Origin: a virus
Taxonomy: Duplodnaviria > Caudoviricetes
Strand: one strand, 5' to 3'
Virus record (IMG/VR): IMGVR_UViG_3300021387_000147
Length of the DNA: 64,000 nt
Made by a program: the position numbers and the translations under genes. The notes under the pieces were generated by a model. That model saw nothing but the letters and a program-made list of their open reading frames with translations. It was not told the origin of the DNA and ran no database searches. Numbering within the stretch: position 1 is the first letter of the stretch; each line of letters opens with the position of its first letter. Below are positions 26,996-37,496 of this stretch, piece after piece.

Positions 26996-27265
26996 TTATT
27001 CTTCATATTGATACTTTTCGTATAGATAATCTCTATAATCTGCAATTTCAGATAAAGCCGCATTTAAATTCTCTATATAAGAGACATGTGGTTTGCGTTT
27101 CTGACTCTCTGACATATCAATATGTGATTGATTATATTCTATTTTCTTGTAAATCAATTCTAGTTTCTTGAGGTCTGCTTCTTTATTCTTGTTTGCTTTA
27201 CGCAAACTCCCAATCTCTCTAATAATATGATTCACATCTTCTTGATATTCATCGTATGCTTGCAT
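26996..27265 (-). CDS. hypothetical protein
   Basis: first gene after promoter at 27297-27328. Confidence 0.6.
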   Translation of the reverse strand: MQAYDEYQEDVNHIIREIGSLRKANKNKEADLKKLELIYKKIEYNQSHIDMSESQKRKPHVSYIENLNAALSEIADYRDYLYEKYQYEE

Positions 27266-27296
27266 TAGTTTTTCCTTATTGTTAAATTATGTTATA

Positions 27297-27328
27297 AATA
27301 TAATAAACATATTTTTAGTTGTAAACCC
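27297..27328 (-). promoter_or_regulatory. promoter of the DNA-modification operon
   Basis: GGGTTTACA-17-TATATT. Confidence 0.7.
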
Positions 27329-27381
27329 ATTTTTACTAAAATTTGCAACAAAGATTCTATTATTTTATAGGAGAGATTTTT

Positions 27382-27825
27382 ATGGATTTATTAGAAGCAA
27401 AGAAAACTCTACGAGCTCACGGATATACGCTCTTGAAAGAAAATGAAGAAACTCTATTAGAATCTACAAATAAAGAAATTGAAAAATTTGCTGTTTATAT
27501 GGTCGATGAAATCGAAAGATATTTAGAAGGTTGTGAATTCTTGGAAGGTACAATTGATGGTAAACCAACTTTTCATAAAAATCGTATTATTATTTCTGTA
27601 TACTTTCCACAAACAAGATGGCCAACTGGTCCTAACTCAGCTGAAATAAGACCTCAAACAAAGCATTTCCAATATACTTTCAATATTTTCGATTTAGATG
27701 ATGCATGGACATTTGATGATGGTTCTAGATTTAGATATGGTAATAAACTAAATATGAGAAATTATACTATTGAAACTCTAGAAGATATGGATAATCAATT
27801 AGGTTGGGAATTACAAAAACAATAA
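27382..27825 (+). CDS. putative internal head protein, LxEAK..GY leader family
   Basis: MDLLEAKKTLRAHGYTLLKE after AGGAG. Confidence 0.7.
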   Translation: MDLLEAKKTLRAHGYTLLKENEETLLESTNKEIEKFAVYMVDEIERYLEGCEFLEGTIDGKPTFHKNRIIISVYFPQTRWPTGPNSAEIRPQTKHFQYTFNIFDLDDAWTFDDGSRFRYGNKLNMRNYTIETLEDMDNQLGWELQKQ

Positions 27826-27828
27826 AAT

Positions 27829-27855
27829 AAAAGAGAGCTTTTCGCTCTCTTTTTT
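27829..27855. terminator. bidirectional terminator
   Basis: AAAAGAGAGC-TTTTC-GCTCTCTTTT. Confidence 0.75.
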
Positions 27856-29255
27856 TAATGTTCATCTCTATAATAAGTATCTTTTCTATCAAGATGTGTT
27901 TTCTTATTACCACTTCCTGTATATACATCTAATACAGTCACATTCAATTCATCAAGTACTCTAACTTCTTCTTCACCTTTTATTTGAGTTCCTTTATTAC
28001 TAAAATGAGACCATTCAGCTGCACATAGAGCAGACATTGTCAAGTCAATATTACTTGGATCATTTTCAGCGACAATCATATATTCATCACCACCATTTCC
28101 AGATACTGCTGATGTGCTATCATTCCAACACCAAGATTTACCAACAGCATGAAGATTTACATTGGCAAGACCCATTCTTTCTTTATACTTATTCTTACGT
28201 AAGTATTCAGCTTTATCTTTTTGATGCCATTTATCTTCCATATCATCTAATTGGTCATCTACCCAATCTACATCAACTTCAACAGCTCTATAAATGAGTT
28301 TTGATTTCATTTTATTCATGAAAGTCTTATACATGACCTTAACAATAGGTGGAACTTTACCTTCAGTCTGCTTTTCAACTTTTGGTTGTTTTTGATTTTT
28401 AATTTTATTATAAACTTCTACAGCTGATGCTACACTGAAATTATTTTTAAATAAATGTGCTATACATTTCTTAGCAAAATCCATTGTATTAGATTTTGAT
28501 ATAATTTGACCAAACCAATAATCATCACTTCTAAATCTTGATAATGCATCAGTCATTTGATCATATAAATCTAATTTCTTTTCATTCCAAGTATCAGTAG
28601 CATTATCTAATAAATCATAATAATGATCTTCTAATTTATCAATTATTTTAAAGAATTCCTTAGGATTTTTAGCTTTAGAAAATGCTTTATTTAATTCTTG
28701 TGATAATAATTTTTTACCTTCTTTAGATTTACATATCTTTTTGCAATAAAGTACAACATATAGATCAGGTTTATATAATTCATCTTCATCATCGTCATCA
28801 TCAGACCAACCATCATCAGTAATATGCCAATACGCATTTTTAGAAAATAGACAACTTTCTAAGTCTTTAACTTTAGAATTCTCCTTAATATATGAACGAG
28901 TATCATAATTAGCCATCATGATTTTATAGAATTCAAAGACGGTCATTGTATTCTTATGCGGGAACTTTTCTTCCCACCAATCTTCATAGTTTTCTATTAA
29001 ATCATCTTCGTCATTACCACCACCACGGTATTTAACATTCTTTTTCCATGACTGTTCAGCATCTTTTTCTTTACGTCTAATAAAGTCTTCGTATGCTTGG
29101 ATAACACGATTTTTCAGAGAAGCCATTTTAGCTTTCTGATTATGATATTCTTTTGGTTTGACGTTTATGCCTAAATCTGCATCATCATATTCATCTGTAT
29201 CTTCGATGATATAACCTGCATCTTCTAATATGTATTTTGCTTCATCTAACTTCAT
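27855..29255 (-). CDS. leader-family protein with putative C-terminal ADP-ribosyltransferase fold
   Basis: MKLDEAKYILEDAGYIIE leader; IYRAV ... GKSWCW ... EEEVRV. Confidence 0.55.
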   Translation of the reverse strand: MKLDEAKYILEDAGYIIEDTDEYDDADLGINVKPKEYHNQKAKMASLKNRVIQAYEDFIRRKEKDAEQSWKKNVKYRGGGNDEDDLIENYEDWWEEKFPHKNTMTVFEFYKIMMANYDTRSYIKENSKVKDLESCLFSKNAYWHITDDGWSDDDDDEDELYKPDLYVVLYCKKICKSKEGKKLLSQELNKAFSKAKNPKEFFKIIDKLEDHYYDLLDNATDTWNEKKLDLYDQMTDALSRFRSDDYWFGQIISKSNTMDFAKKCIAHLFKNNFSVASAVEVYNKIKNQKQPKVEKQTEGKVPPIVKVMYKTFMNKMKSKLIYRAVEVDVDWVDDQLDDMEDKWHQKDKAEYLRKNKYKERMGLANVNLHAVGKSWCWNDSTSAVSGNGGDEYMIVAENDPSNIDLTMSALCAAEWSHFSNKGTQIKGEEEVRVLDELNVTVLDVYTGSGNKKTHLDRKDTYYRDEH

Positions 29256-29265
29256 ATATTATTTA

Positions 29266-29508
29266 TTAGAATGACAATTCTTTGAAATCATCGTCATCTT
29301 CATCAATGAAATCATTACATGCTTCATCAAGTCTATCTAATTCGTCAACTATAAATTCAGCGCATTCATTTTCTTCAATATCTTCTTTCCAGTATGTGAA
29401 TATCTGGTCAAATATCTCAGAATTATTAGGTATATTCTTCCTAAACTTATTTCTTACAATTTTGACTACATTATTCTCATAATCTGTATATTCGTCGCCG
29501 TAGCTCAT
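29266..29508 (-). CDS. small acidic hypothetical protein
   Basis: 80 aa, GGAGG RBS. Confidence 0.6.
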   Translation of the reverse strand: MSYGDEYTDYENNVVKIVRNKFRKNIPNNSEIFDQIFTYWKEDIEENECAEFIVDELDRLDEACNDFIDEDDDDFKELSF

Positions 29509-29577
29509 TTCATCCTCCGTTGTGTATATGTTATATATTATACTTATCTATAGTAGACAAATGCTAATAAATATAAT

Positions 29578-30426
29578 ATGAGCGAATTATATGATAAACT
29601 AAAAGATTATTGGAATGGAAAACTTGGCAAATATGGTGATGAATTAGTCAGAGAACATGCTAAAGAATTAAAAGCATATTCTATCGCATCTATTTCAGAT
29701 ATTATTGACCATTTAGAACAAAATAAGTTTAGATTAGAAACTTATGGTAAAACATCATGGTCTAAATTCCTAAATATAGCTAAGTTATCTGAATATCTAA
29801 GACCAGGATATATTACTGACGCTCTTGCTATTACTACACATCAACCTGCTATGGGTCAAGGCGAATTCTTATTTGTATCATGTTTTAAGAATATTTCTAT
29901 CAATAGTGAGTCAGGTGATTTAATAGATACATCTACAAATGAAAAGATTGAATTTAAGGGTAATCGTTCATCATTTGCTGGTGAAGGTAAAGATAAATTA
30001 AAATATAAAGAAATGAATGATGATGTAATGTATTCTATATGTAGTCTATTTGATATTGTAGAAAATAGTAAAGGTTCTTTTGATAGAGAATTCTGTAAAA
30101 TGATAGATGGTAAATTAAAAGAACAACCTGAAATGATTGATAAAGTAATAAACATTTGTCAAAATATAGAACCTGAGTCACATACAATAACAAAAATGTT
30201 TACTCAGTTATATAAAGAAAAAGAAGATTTATATCATGTAGTTGCAGCAATGCATTGTTATACATATTTAAAGCTACAAAAGACAGATTGGTTAGTAGTC
30301 ACAAATGATAATGGATTTGCTATCTTCAAAGCTCCAGAAGATGCAGAAGATGCATGGTCAATAGTAAAACAATTGAAATTAGGTACATGGGGCAAACAAA
30401 ACAAAAGTATTGAATTAAGTTTATAA
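29578..30426 (+). CDS. putative PD-(D/E)xK nuclease-fold protein
   Basis: GQGEFL ... GDLI ... IEFKG. Confidence 0.5.
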   Translation: MSELYDKLKDYWNGKLGKYGDELVREHAKELKAYSIASISDIIDHLEQNKFRLETYGKTSWSKFLNIAKLSEYLRPGYITDALAITTHQPAMGQGEFLFVSCFKNISINSESGDLIDTSTNEKIEFKGNRSSFAGEGKDKLKYKEMNDDVMYSICSLFDIVENSKGSFDREFCKMIDGKLKEQPEMIDKVINICQNIEPESHTITKMFTQLYKEKEDLYHVVAAMHCYTYLKLQKTDWLVVTNDNGFAIFKAPEDAEDAWSIVKQLKLGTWGKQNKSIELSL

Positions 30427-30427
30427 T

Positions 30428-31897
30428 ATGGGTAAGAAAAACGTATCATCACAGTTAATGGAATCTCAGTCATCAGCAGCTTCTCAGCAGACTGATATTA
30501 TTGAGCTATATTATGGTGCTACTACTGATGAGAACATTAAGAATAAACAAGAATTAGGTCAACCTATAGAACAAGATAGTATTTCTGAAATACGTCTTAC
30601 TGAAACTATATTTGGTACTTTACCTAAATTAACAATTAAGCTTTTTGATACAGGTGAATGGGCAAATACATTTGCATTCAGAGCTGGTAATAATTTAAGA
30701 TTAAGAATTACTCCAAAGAATGGAAATCCTGATATGTTAGTCCCTCCATATATTGATTGTTTCTTTACATTAGAAGGTGTTAACTATTACATTGATTCAG
30801 AATCAGCAAAATACATTTATGAATTATCTTGCATTTATAATTGTGAAAAATATATTAACCAAGTATGTTCATGGCCTGAAACTGAAGTTACTGCTATATT
30901 AAAAGGTTATAAGAAAACATCTAAAGAAGTATTGGAAGAAATTATTGGTCAAACATCTTTGAAATTTGATTATAAATGTTCAACAGAACCAATTGATAAG
31001 ATGTTATGGTTAAATAAAACTTTAACTTATGCTAAATTTGCTAAACATATTATGGACCATGCTTGGCTTGGTGAAAATGATTTACCAATAATGTATATCA
31101 ATAAGAATGGTAAATTTGCTTATGATTCTTTACAGAGATTAAAAACACAAGGTATTAAATACTCTTATGTTTATGAAAAGTCTTTCATTAATGCAAAACA
31201 AAAGAATATAGAAGAAAATAAGAATGATGTAGTTGTTAAACCATACGATAATATCTTATTCTATACAGTTCCATATAGAGCATTTGATGATGGATGTACA
31301 GTACAAATGTCACAATACAATCCATATAATAGAAGTGAATTAGATACTGAAAAACAAAAGCCACAAAAGATTCAAGATGAACAAGAAAATTCATATAGAC
31401 AATATGAATATAATGGTAATCAATTACACATGGCTAATGTATCTAATAAGTCTGCTAAATCAATGAATTTATTGAATAAGAGACAATATTGTGGAATTTA
31501 TTTTAAAGATTTACATGAATATTATAATGTTGCTCCATTACATCATAAGAATATCCGTAATTCATTCTTCACTAATTTCTGTTATATTTCATTAGATATG
31601 AATCAACAGAATGATACTAAACAAAATGACGTTCAAGTATCAAATGAAGATAAGAAGAGAGCAGTCTCATATATAAATCTAGGTGAAAAGATACATGTAG
31701 ATGCAGGTGATGCACTACATCAAAATCCAATTATGTCTGGTGATTTTATTGTAAGTGGTTTAACACATGTATGGGCACCAAATACAAATTATACAATTGT
31801 TGTTCAAGGAGTTTCTGATGGTACTTCTCAACAAGGTTATACATCTTATGATAATATAACTGAACAAGCAACTAATACATCAAAGAAGAGTAGATAA
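30428..31897 (+). CDS. putative baseplate hub protein (gp27-like)
   Basis: directly upstream of gp5-like gene; C-terminal SGDFIVSGLTH. Confidence 0.55.
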   Translation: MGKKNVSSQLMESQSSAASQQTDIIELYYGATTDENIKNKQELGQPIEQDSISEIRLTETIFGTLPKLTIKLFDTGEWANTFAFRAGNNLRLRITPKNGNPDMLVPPYIDCFFTLEGVNYYIDSESAKYIYELSCIYNCEKYINQVCSWPETEVTAILKGYKKTSKEVLEEIIGQTSLKFDYKCSTEPIDKMLWLNKTLTYAKFAKHIMDHAWLGENDLPIMYINKNGKFAYDSLQRLKTQGIKYSYVYEKSFINAKQKNIEENKNDVVVKPYDNILFYTVPYRAFDDGCTVQMSQYNPYNRSELDTEKQKPQKIQDEQENSYRQYEYNGNQLHMANVSNKSAKSMNLLNKRQYCGIYFKDLHEYYNVAPLHHKNIRNSFFTNFCYISLDMNQQNDTKQNDVQVSNEDKKRAVSYINLGEKIHVDAGDALHQNPIMSGDFIVSGLTHVWAPNTNYTIVVQGVSDGTSQQGYTSYDNITEQATNTSKKSR

Positions 31898-32646
31898 TGA
31901 GTGAATTGAAATTAGATAACATTCGAACAAATTATTCTGAGTTATTCAATGATATGGCAAATATCAATGATAGCACAGATATTAAATATGAAGGTAGATG
32001 GGAAGGTAAAGTCATTAATAATAATGACCCTGAAAAATTAGGTAGAATTCAAATACAAATCTTTAACTTCTATGATGACCTTCCAAAAGATGGTATTCCT
32101 TGGGCAATTCCAGATATTTTATTCATTGGTTCTAAAGCAGGAAACTTTATTGTTCCAGAAAATGGAACATTAGTTTCAGGTTATTTTGACCAAGGTGATA
32201 TTCATAAACCAATTTATGATAAATTAGCTTTTAATAAAGAAAGTATCAATAATGGTGTTGCAGATCAAAATGAAGATTATCCACATAAGATGATTATCTT
32301 CCAAACGGACCAAGGTGATTATATGACTTTAAATAGAAAGACTGGTGAAATGGCTCTATTACATAGAACTGGTGCATCATTGATATTTAAAGGTAATGGT
32401 GAAATCCAAATAGATACTGGTGTAGATGAAGAAGGAAATAATGGTGATTTAGTTATAAACGTAAATGGTAATTGTAAAATCAATTCTAATGGTGATACTG
32501 AAGTTACATCTATTGGAACTACAAAAGTAGATGGTCTAATGGTAGAATTGGGTAAGAATGCAGCAAAACAATTAGTTAATAATTTGCCAAATTGTGTTGT
32601 GACAGGTGCTCCACATTTCTTAGGTAATACAAACGTAAAATGTTAA
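31897..32646 (+). CDS. baseplate spike (gp5/VgrG-like OB fold)
   Basis: GKVINNNDPEKLGRIQIQI, PWAIP, VPENGTLV..F..GD...PI. Confidence 0.85.
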   Translation: MSELKLDNIRTNYSELFNDMANINDSTDIKYEGRWEGKVINNNDPEKLGRIQIQIFNFYDDLPKDGIPWAIPDILFIGSKAGNFIVPENGTLVSGYFDQGDIHKPIYDKLAFNKESINNGVADQNEDYPHKMIIFQTDQGDYMTLNRKTGEMALLHRTGASLIFKGNGEIQIDTGVDEEGNNGDLVINVNGNCKINSNGDTEVTSIGTTKVDGLMVELGKNAAKQLVNNLPNCVVTGAPHFLGNTNVKC

Positions 32647-32653
32647 GGTGAAT

Positions 32654-32935
32654 ATGATTAGAATAACAGTTGATAAAAATAATAAAAATGTTAAATTGCA
32701 TTATGATGATAATGCACATAAATTAAATGAATATACACAGTTCTTTAAAGAACACATGAGTAATCTAAGACAAAAGTATTTTGATATGATTAAAATATAT
32801 TGGTATCTACCATCGGATTGTTATGGTTTAGATAAATTATGTGATGATATTTTTAGAACAGACTCAAAACATTTTAAATATATTACTGAAGAAAAATCCC
32901 AATTTTCTACTGTTTATTGTTATGACAATAAATAA
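32654..32935 (+). CDS. hypothetical protein
   Basis: short ORF in tail operon. Confidence 0.55.
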   Translation: MIRITVDKNNKNVKLHYDDNAHKLNEYTQFFKEHMSNLRQKYFDMIKIYWYLPSDCYGLDKLCDDIFRTDSKHFKYITEEKSQFSTVYCYDNK

Positions 32936-32938
32936 AGT

Positions 32939-34822
32939 ATGGGATTATCTGTTTATACATATTACGAAACATTCAAACCACATTTTAGTTTTAGATTTAA
33001 GGTAGATTTTCTTTCTAATCCTTCACTATATAGATTAGTTCAAGATATAAAACTACCAACTATTTCTATAAATGCTTCAGATGGTAGAAAAAGATTTGGC
33101 CAAACCCAAATCGTTCTACCATTTTTTGAATTTGGTGATCAAGAAATTGAAATAACATTTATTGAAACAGATGATATGAAAGTATTAGACTATATGACTA
33201 ACCATTTAGCTTGGCCAAATAGTCCACAAACAGAAGATATTATCGTGACTGAATACGATGATACTCTACGTAATGTCCTTAAAAGAACATTATATACAAT
33301 TACATTATTTAGTTATAGTGCACCACAATGGCAGAATTCTGGTAGTCCATCTAATATGACTCTAACTGCTACATATATTGTTCGTAAATCAAGAGATATT
33401 ACAAAAGATGAATATGATTTATATAATTTGCCAATATATTCACCAGTTGTGGATATGGTTCAAGATATGAATGTAATTGGTTCATCTGTTGATGAAGGTA
33501 GTGCTGAAAGTGAATGGCAAAAATTCTTAGGTTCATTAAAAGACGAAGAATCTGAACAAGAAAAACTTGCTGAGTTTAATAACAAACGACAAGAGGCAAT
33601 GATGCAACCTATGGCATTTGAAACAAATACTAAAGCAAGAGAAAAATGGAAGGATGTTGAAAAAGAAAAAGGTGAATTAGATCAAATTATAGCAGAAACA
33701 TTAGCTGAAAACTTCGATAATAATTCATTTGAAGATCAACAAGCGGCTGAAATTGAAGCATTTAAACGTTATTGCTTACAAGAAACACATCGTGATGTTA
33801 ATAAAATGACAGATGAAGAAAAGAAAACAATGGCTGAAAGATGGCAGAAATTAAGTGATACAGAAAAATTATTATTGATTTATGGTATTGATACAGCAGA
33901 TGGTTTAAATGATGATGAAATTGATACTATTAAAAAAACTACTGCAGAAAATGCATTAAATATAGGTTTAACTGGAAAAGAAGCAGAAGATTTTATGAAA
34001 GAAAGACTTGATTCTATTGTAAAAGAAAATACAGAATTTGTTAATGCTTCTAAAGAATATCAAGAAGCTGTTAATCATCCTGAACAAGGTAGAGGTGGTG
34101 AAAAGCCAAAACAAGAAGGAACACAAACAGCTGGTGCACAAACATCTGGTTCATCTAATTCTAATATTGGTTCTGAACCTGTAAGATATAAACAACAGAA
34201 TGGTACTCTACAAAGCCTAATTAAATCTGGTAAATTGAAAGATTCAAAGGGTAATACTATTACTGATATTTCTCAATTGAAATATGGTGATAAATTATAT
34301 GTAGACGGTCACGAATATAAAGCTGTTAAATATGGTAATAACTGGTCACTTAACTCTAATGTTAAGGGTAAAGATTATTCATACGAAAGACATGCTAATA
34401 ACCCTGAAGAAGCATATCAAAATGTTACTGCTAATGGTGCAGTTCCATATAACTTAGGTGCAAAATCTGATGGTTGTATTGCTGATGGTTTGGACTGCAT
34501 GGGTTATGCTGGTGTTGTATTGAAAGCAGTTGGTGCTAAAGTTGTAGATAAGAATGGTAAAGTTGTATCAAATGATGTTGGTAGTGTATTTAAGAATTAC
34601 AGTACACAATCATTCTTAGATAAAGGCTTAAAAGTTGTTGGACCTGATGGTGTTGATATGAAGGTATTAGTTGCCGCTAAAGGTGGTACAGGTCACATTG
34701 TCATTGAATACAATGGTTATATCTATGAATCAGCAGGTTCATCTGGTGTTCGTAAAACAGAAAAATCTATTTGGGAAAAGAATTATAAAGGTAAAAACGA
34801 TTATAAGAACGTAATGGCATAA
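32939..34822 (+). CDS. tail-tube-like domain fused to NlpC/P60-like hydrolase
   Basis: N-terminal FRFKV..IKLP..ITFIET tube-like pattern; C-terminal GLDCMGY..GHIVI..YES. Confidence 0.65.
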   Translation: MGLSVYTYYETFKPHFSFRFKVDFLSNPSLYRLVQDIKLPTISINASDGRKRFGQTQIVLPFFEFGDQEIEITFIETDDMKVLDYMTNHLAWPNSPQTEDIIVTEYDDTLRNVLKRTLYTITLFSYSAPQWQNSGSPSNMTLTATYIVRKSRDITKDEYDLYNLPIYSPVVDMVQDMNVIGSSVDEGSAESEWQKFLGSLKDEESEQEKLAEFNNKRQEAMMQPMAFETNTKAREKWKDVEKEKGELDQIIAETLAENFDNNSFEDQQAAEIEAFKRYCLQETHRDVNKMTDEEKKTMAERWQKLSDTEKLLLIYGIDTADGLNDDEIDTIKKTTAENALNIGLTGKEAEDFMKERLDSIVKENTEFVNASKEYQEAVNHPEQGRGGEKPKQEGTQTAGAQTSGSSNSNIGSEPVRYKQQNGTLQSLIKSGKLKDSKGNTITDISQLKYGDKLYVDGHEYKAVKYGNNWSLNSNVKGKDYSYERHANNPEEAYQNVTANGAVPYNLGAKSDGCIADGLDCMGYAGVVLKAVGAKVVDKNGKVVSNDVGSVFKNYSTQSFLDKGLKVVGPDGVDMKVLVAAKGGTGHIVIEYNGYIYESAGSSGVRKTEKSIWEKNYKGKNDYKNVMA

Positions 34823-34823
34823 T

Positions 34824-36668
34824 ATGAGTTTATCTGTATTTTCACATGATTTGTCCATAAAATTACCTGATACTTTTATTGTCAGTATTAAATGGAATAA
34901 AACAGACAGTGACTACACTGTCTTAAGAAGTTGTACTCAGTTTCAACCTCCTGTTGTGAAATACAAAAAAGAAATTCAAAACTTTGGTAATAATGGTTAT
35001 GCATTTGTTATTCCTGATTGGGAAGTAGATGATATATCTTTTACTTTTAATGAAGATACAAATTTCTCTACATCTAAATTATTATCTCATGCTATGCAAT
35101 ACCTATTTGATTTTTCTGATGACAAATGGTATTATAAAGAAAATAATATCTATGAAATAATTGTAGATGTTTATGATAATAATTTCAATAAAATTGTATA
35201 TCGTTATACTTATAGATATTTGAAATTAGTCAAATATGAAAATTATCAATTAGACTATTCTAATGATGCACTTACATCACTTTCATTAACATTTTCATTC
35301 ATGTATGCTAATGAAACTACATGCAATATTGATCCAAATAGTTCTAATGTTCCTAATATTACTGATAATATACAAGATGCACCTACAGCAACAAGTCTAA
35401 CTCAAGATATTGCACAAGATTATAATAAGCCTGCAATGAAACCTGAAAATGCTAATTCAAATACACAGAAAGATCGTGGTAATCAGCAAACTTCTGAACA
35501 AACTGCAGCTAAAACACTTGAATCTCAGAAAAATGAATCTGAACAGACTCCTAAGACAGAACAAGTTCAGACTCCTTCTGCTCAAATACCAGAAAGTAAT
35601 AATCAAGAAGAAAGTAAAACTAAGGAAACTGCATCTACAAATCCTGTAGATTTGAATAAGCTATCTGGTGATGATAGAATTGATGAACTTGCATATAGAA
35701 TGATGAGAGGTCAATTAGATAATGGTAAACCTCGTTATGATAAAACTTATAAAGCAGGTTATACTGAATCTGAAAGAGCTGCTGCTCAAGGCATTGTTAA
35801 TCAGAAGGATTGGGAAGGTCTTAAAGAACGTCATGATGCAAGAGTTGCAAATAAAGATACTCACTACTCAACTGCAGAAGAAACTGCTGTTGCTAAGACT
35901 GACTATACACCAAATAAAGATATAGCTCAATCAAGAAGTGCAGATGTTTCTACTCCAGCATCTCAATCTACTGGTGGTCAAGATGCTGCTGACGCTGCTG
36001 CTAAGGCAAGACTTGCTGCTGAACAGAGAAATAAATCTGAAGATGTTGCTGTTAATACAAAACCTGTAGAACAAAAACATGAAAATCAACCAAAACAGCA
36101 AGATACTCAAGTAGCTAAGACTGAACCAAAGAAATCTGAAGAAAAGAAACAACCAAAACAAGAAGCTACTCAAGTTGCTCAGTCTGAACCTAAGAAAGAA
36201 CCAAAATCTGATGGTAAGACACAAATATCTGAAGACCAATATGGTAATATCAAAGTTGAAAATGATACTGGTACTCTTTATAAGACTAAAGATGGTCAAA
36301 AGTATTATAAACTAAAAGATAATGATACTATCTATATGGCAGATAATAAAAATAAATTAAAAGAATCTAGAGCACATGATGGCTTAGTTGTTGAAACTAT
36401 CAATGGTGATACTCAAATCTATCAGTCTATCCAGCAAGGTGGAAATGAAATCTATAGAGAAAGAAATGTCACTCAAGAAGTTATGACTTCTGATGGAATT
36501 AAAGAAAGTCTCGATAGAAAACAAGCAACTAGAGATGGTGGACGTAGTGGTAATCAATACAATAGAGGTAGAGGTGGTGAAGCCGCTGCTGCAGCCGCTG
36601 CAGCAAAGAGCGCTCAACAGCAACACGCTTCTGCTAAAAGTAGTTCACAAAAGGTTAAAACCGCTTAA
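34824..36668 (+). CDS. tail-tube-like domain + low-complexity stalk + Cpl-7-like cell-wall-binding repeat
   Basis: ISFTFNED..LDYSN..LSLTFSF; IDELAYRMMRGQLDNG..R....KAGY...AQGIVN. Confidence 0.6.
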   Translation: MSLSVFSHDLSIKLPDTFIVSIKWNKTDSDYTVLRSCTQFQPPVVKYKKEIQNFGNNGYAFVIPDWEVDDISFTFNEDTNFSTSKLLSHAMQYLFDFSDDKWYYKENNIYEIIVDVYDNNFNKIVYRYTYRYLKLVKYENYQLDYSNDALTSLSLTFSFMYANETTCNIDPNSSNVPNITDNIQDAPTATSLTQDIAQDYNKPAMKPENANSNTQKDRGNQQTSEQTAAKTLESQKNESEQTPKTEQVQTPSAQIPESNNQEESKTKETASTNPVDLNKLSGDDRIDELAYRMMRGQLDNGKPRYDKTYKAGYTESERAAAQGIVNQKDWEGLKERHDARVANKDTHYSTAEETAVAKTDYTPNKDIAQSRSADVSTPASQSTGGQDAADAAAKARLAAEQRNKSEDVAVNTKPVEQKHENQPKQQDTQVAKTEPKKSEEKKQPKQEATQVAQSEPKKEPKSDGKTQISEDQYGNIKVENDTGTLYKTKDGQKYYKLKDNDTIYMADNKNKLKESRAHDGLVVETINGDTQIYQSIQQGGNEIYRERNVTQEVMTSDGIKESLDRKQATRDGGRSGNQYNRGRGGEAAAAAAAAKSAQQQHASAKSSSQKVKTA

Positions 36669-36753
36669 AACGCTCTCAGAATATAAAATAATAGAGGATG
36701 ATAAAACTATCATCCTCTTCTTTATTTAAGCCCAGAAAGCGCTTTCTGCGCAA

Positions 36754-37389
36754 CTAATCGTATGCTATATTACCTTCACCATCCATAGGGTCATCTAAAG
36801 TATTGATATTGTTATAGAAATCCAATCCAGCAATTTCTCTTGATGCAATCTTCTTCTGTTCTTTTAAATCCATACGAATAGAATTAGTCACAACCTGTGT
36901 AGTGTATGCGAATGCTGATGAATTTGCTTCTGTATCATAACGATTAATATATCTAAATAAAGTCATCAATGCATTCTGCTTAATATCGTTAATATCTTCT
37001 GGATCCTTACTTGCAACCAACTTAAATGATATTACACGACCATCAATAATCTTAACAAATGCTTCACAAAGATTTGCTTTTACAATATTGAATTCACTAT
37101 CATATTTTCTTCTTGCTTCAGGAGTCCAAACTGAATAATAATCTTTTCTTAACTTATTGATATGCTTGACTTTATTCAAGATAAACTTCTTACAACGGTC
37201 ATACTTATCTTTCTTAATCTTATTTGTGTTATATGAATTCTCTAACTTGCTTAGATATTCTGCACACCATGACCCATCATCCTGATAATTCATTTCATTG
37301 TATTTACGAATTAACTCTCTCAAATAGGCATTGTTAATATAACCATCTGATTTATCTGCTTTTAGTTTTTCTAAATCTACTTCACTCAT
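36754..37389 (-). CDS. late-transcription sigma factor (T4 gp55-like)
   Basis: YINNAYL, YINRYD..SAFAYTTQV; TATAAATA promoters in window. Confidence 0.75.
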   Translation of the reverse strand: MSEVDLEKLKADKSDGYINNAYLRELIRKYNEMNYQDDGSWCAEYLSKLENSYNTNKIKKDKYDRCKKFILNKVKHINKLRKDYYSVWTPEARRKYDSEFNIVKANLCEAFVKIIDGRVISFKLVASKDPEDINDIKQNALMTLFRYINRYDTEANSSAFAYTTQVVTNSIRMDLKEQKKIASREIAGLDFYNNINTLDDPMDGEGNIAYD

Positions 37390-37496
37390 AAAAATCCTCT
37401 AAATATGTTATTGTTTGTTTCTAAGATAAAATATAAGAAAATAAAAACAAATCCACTTTCCATGGATTTGTTTTTTTCCAATATTTAATGTGCTTA

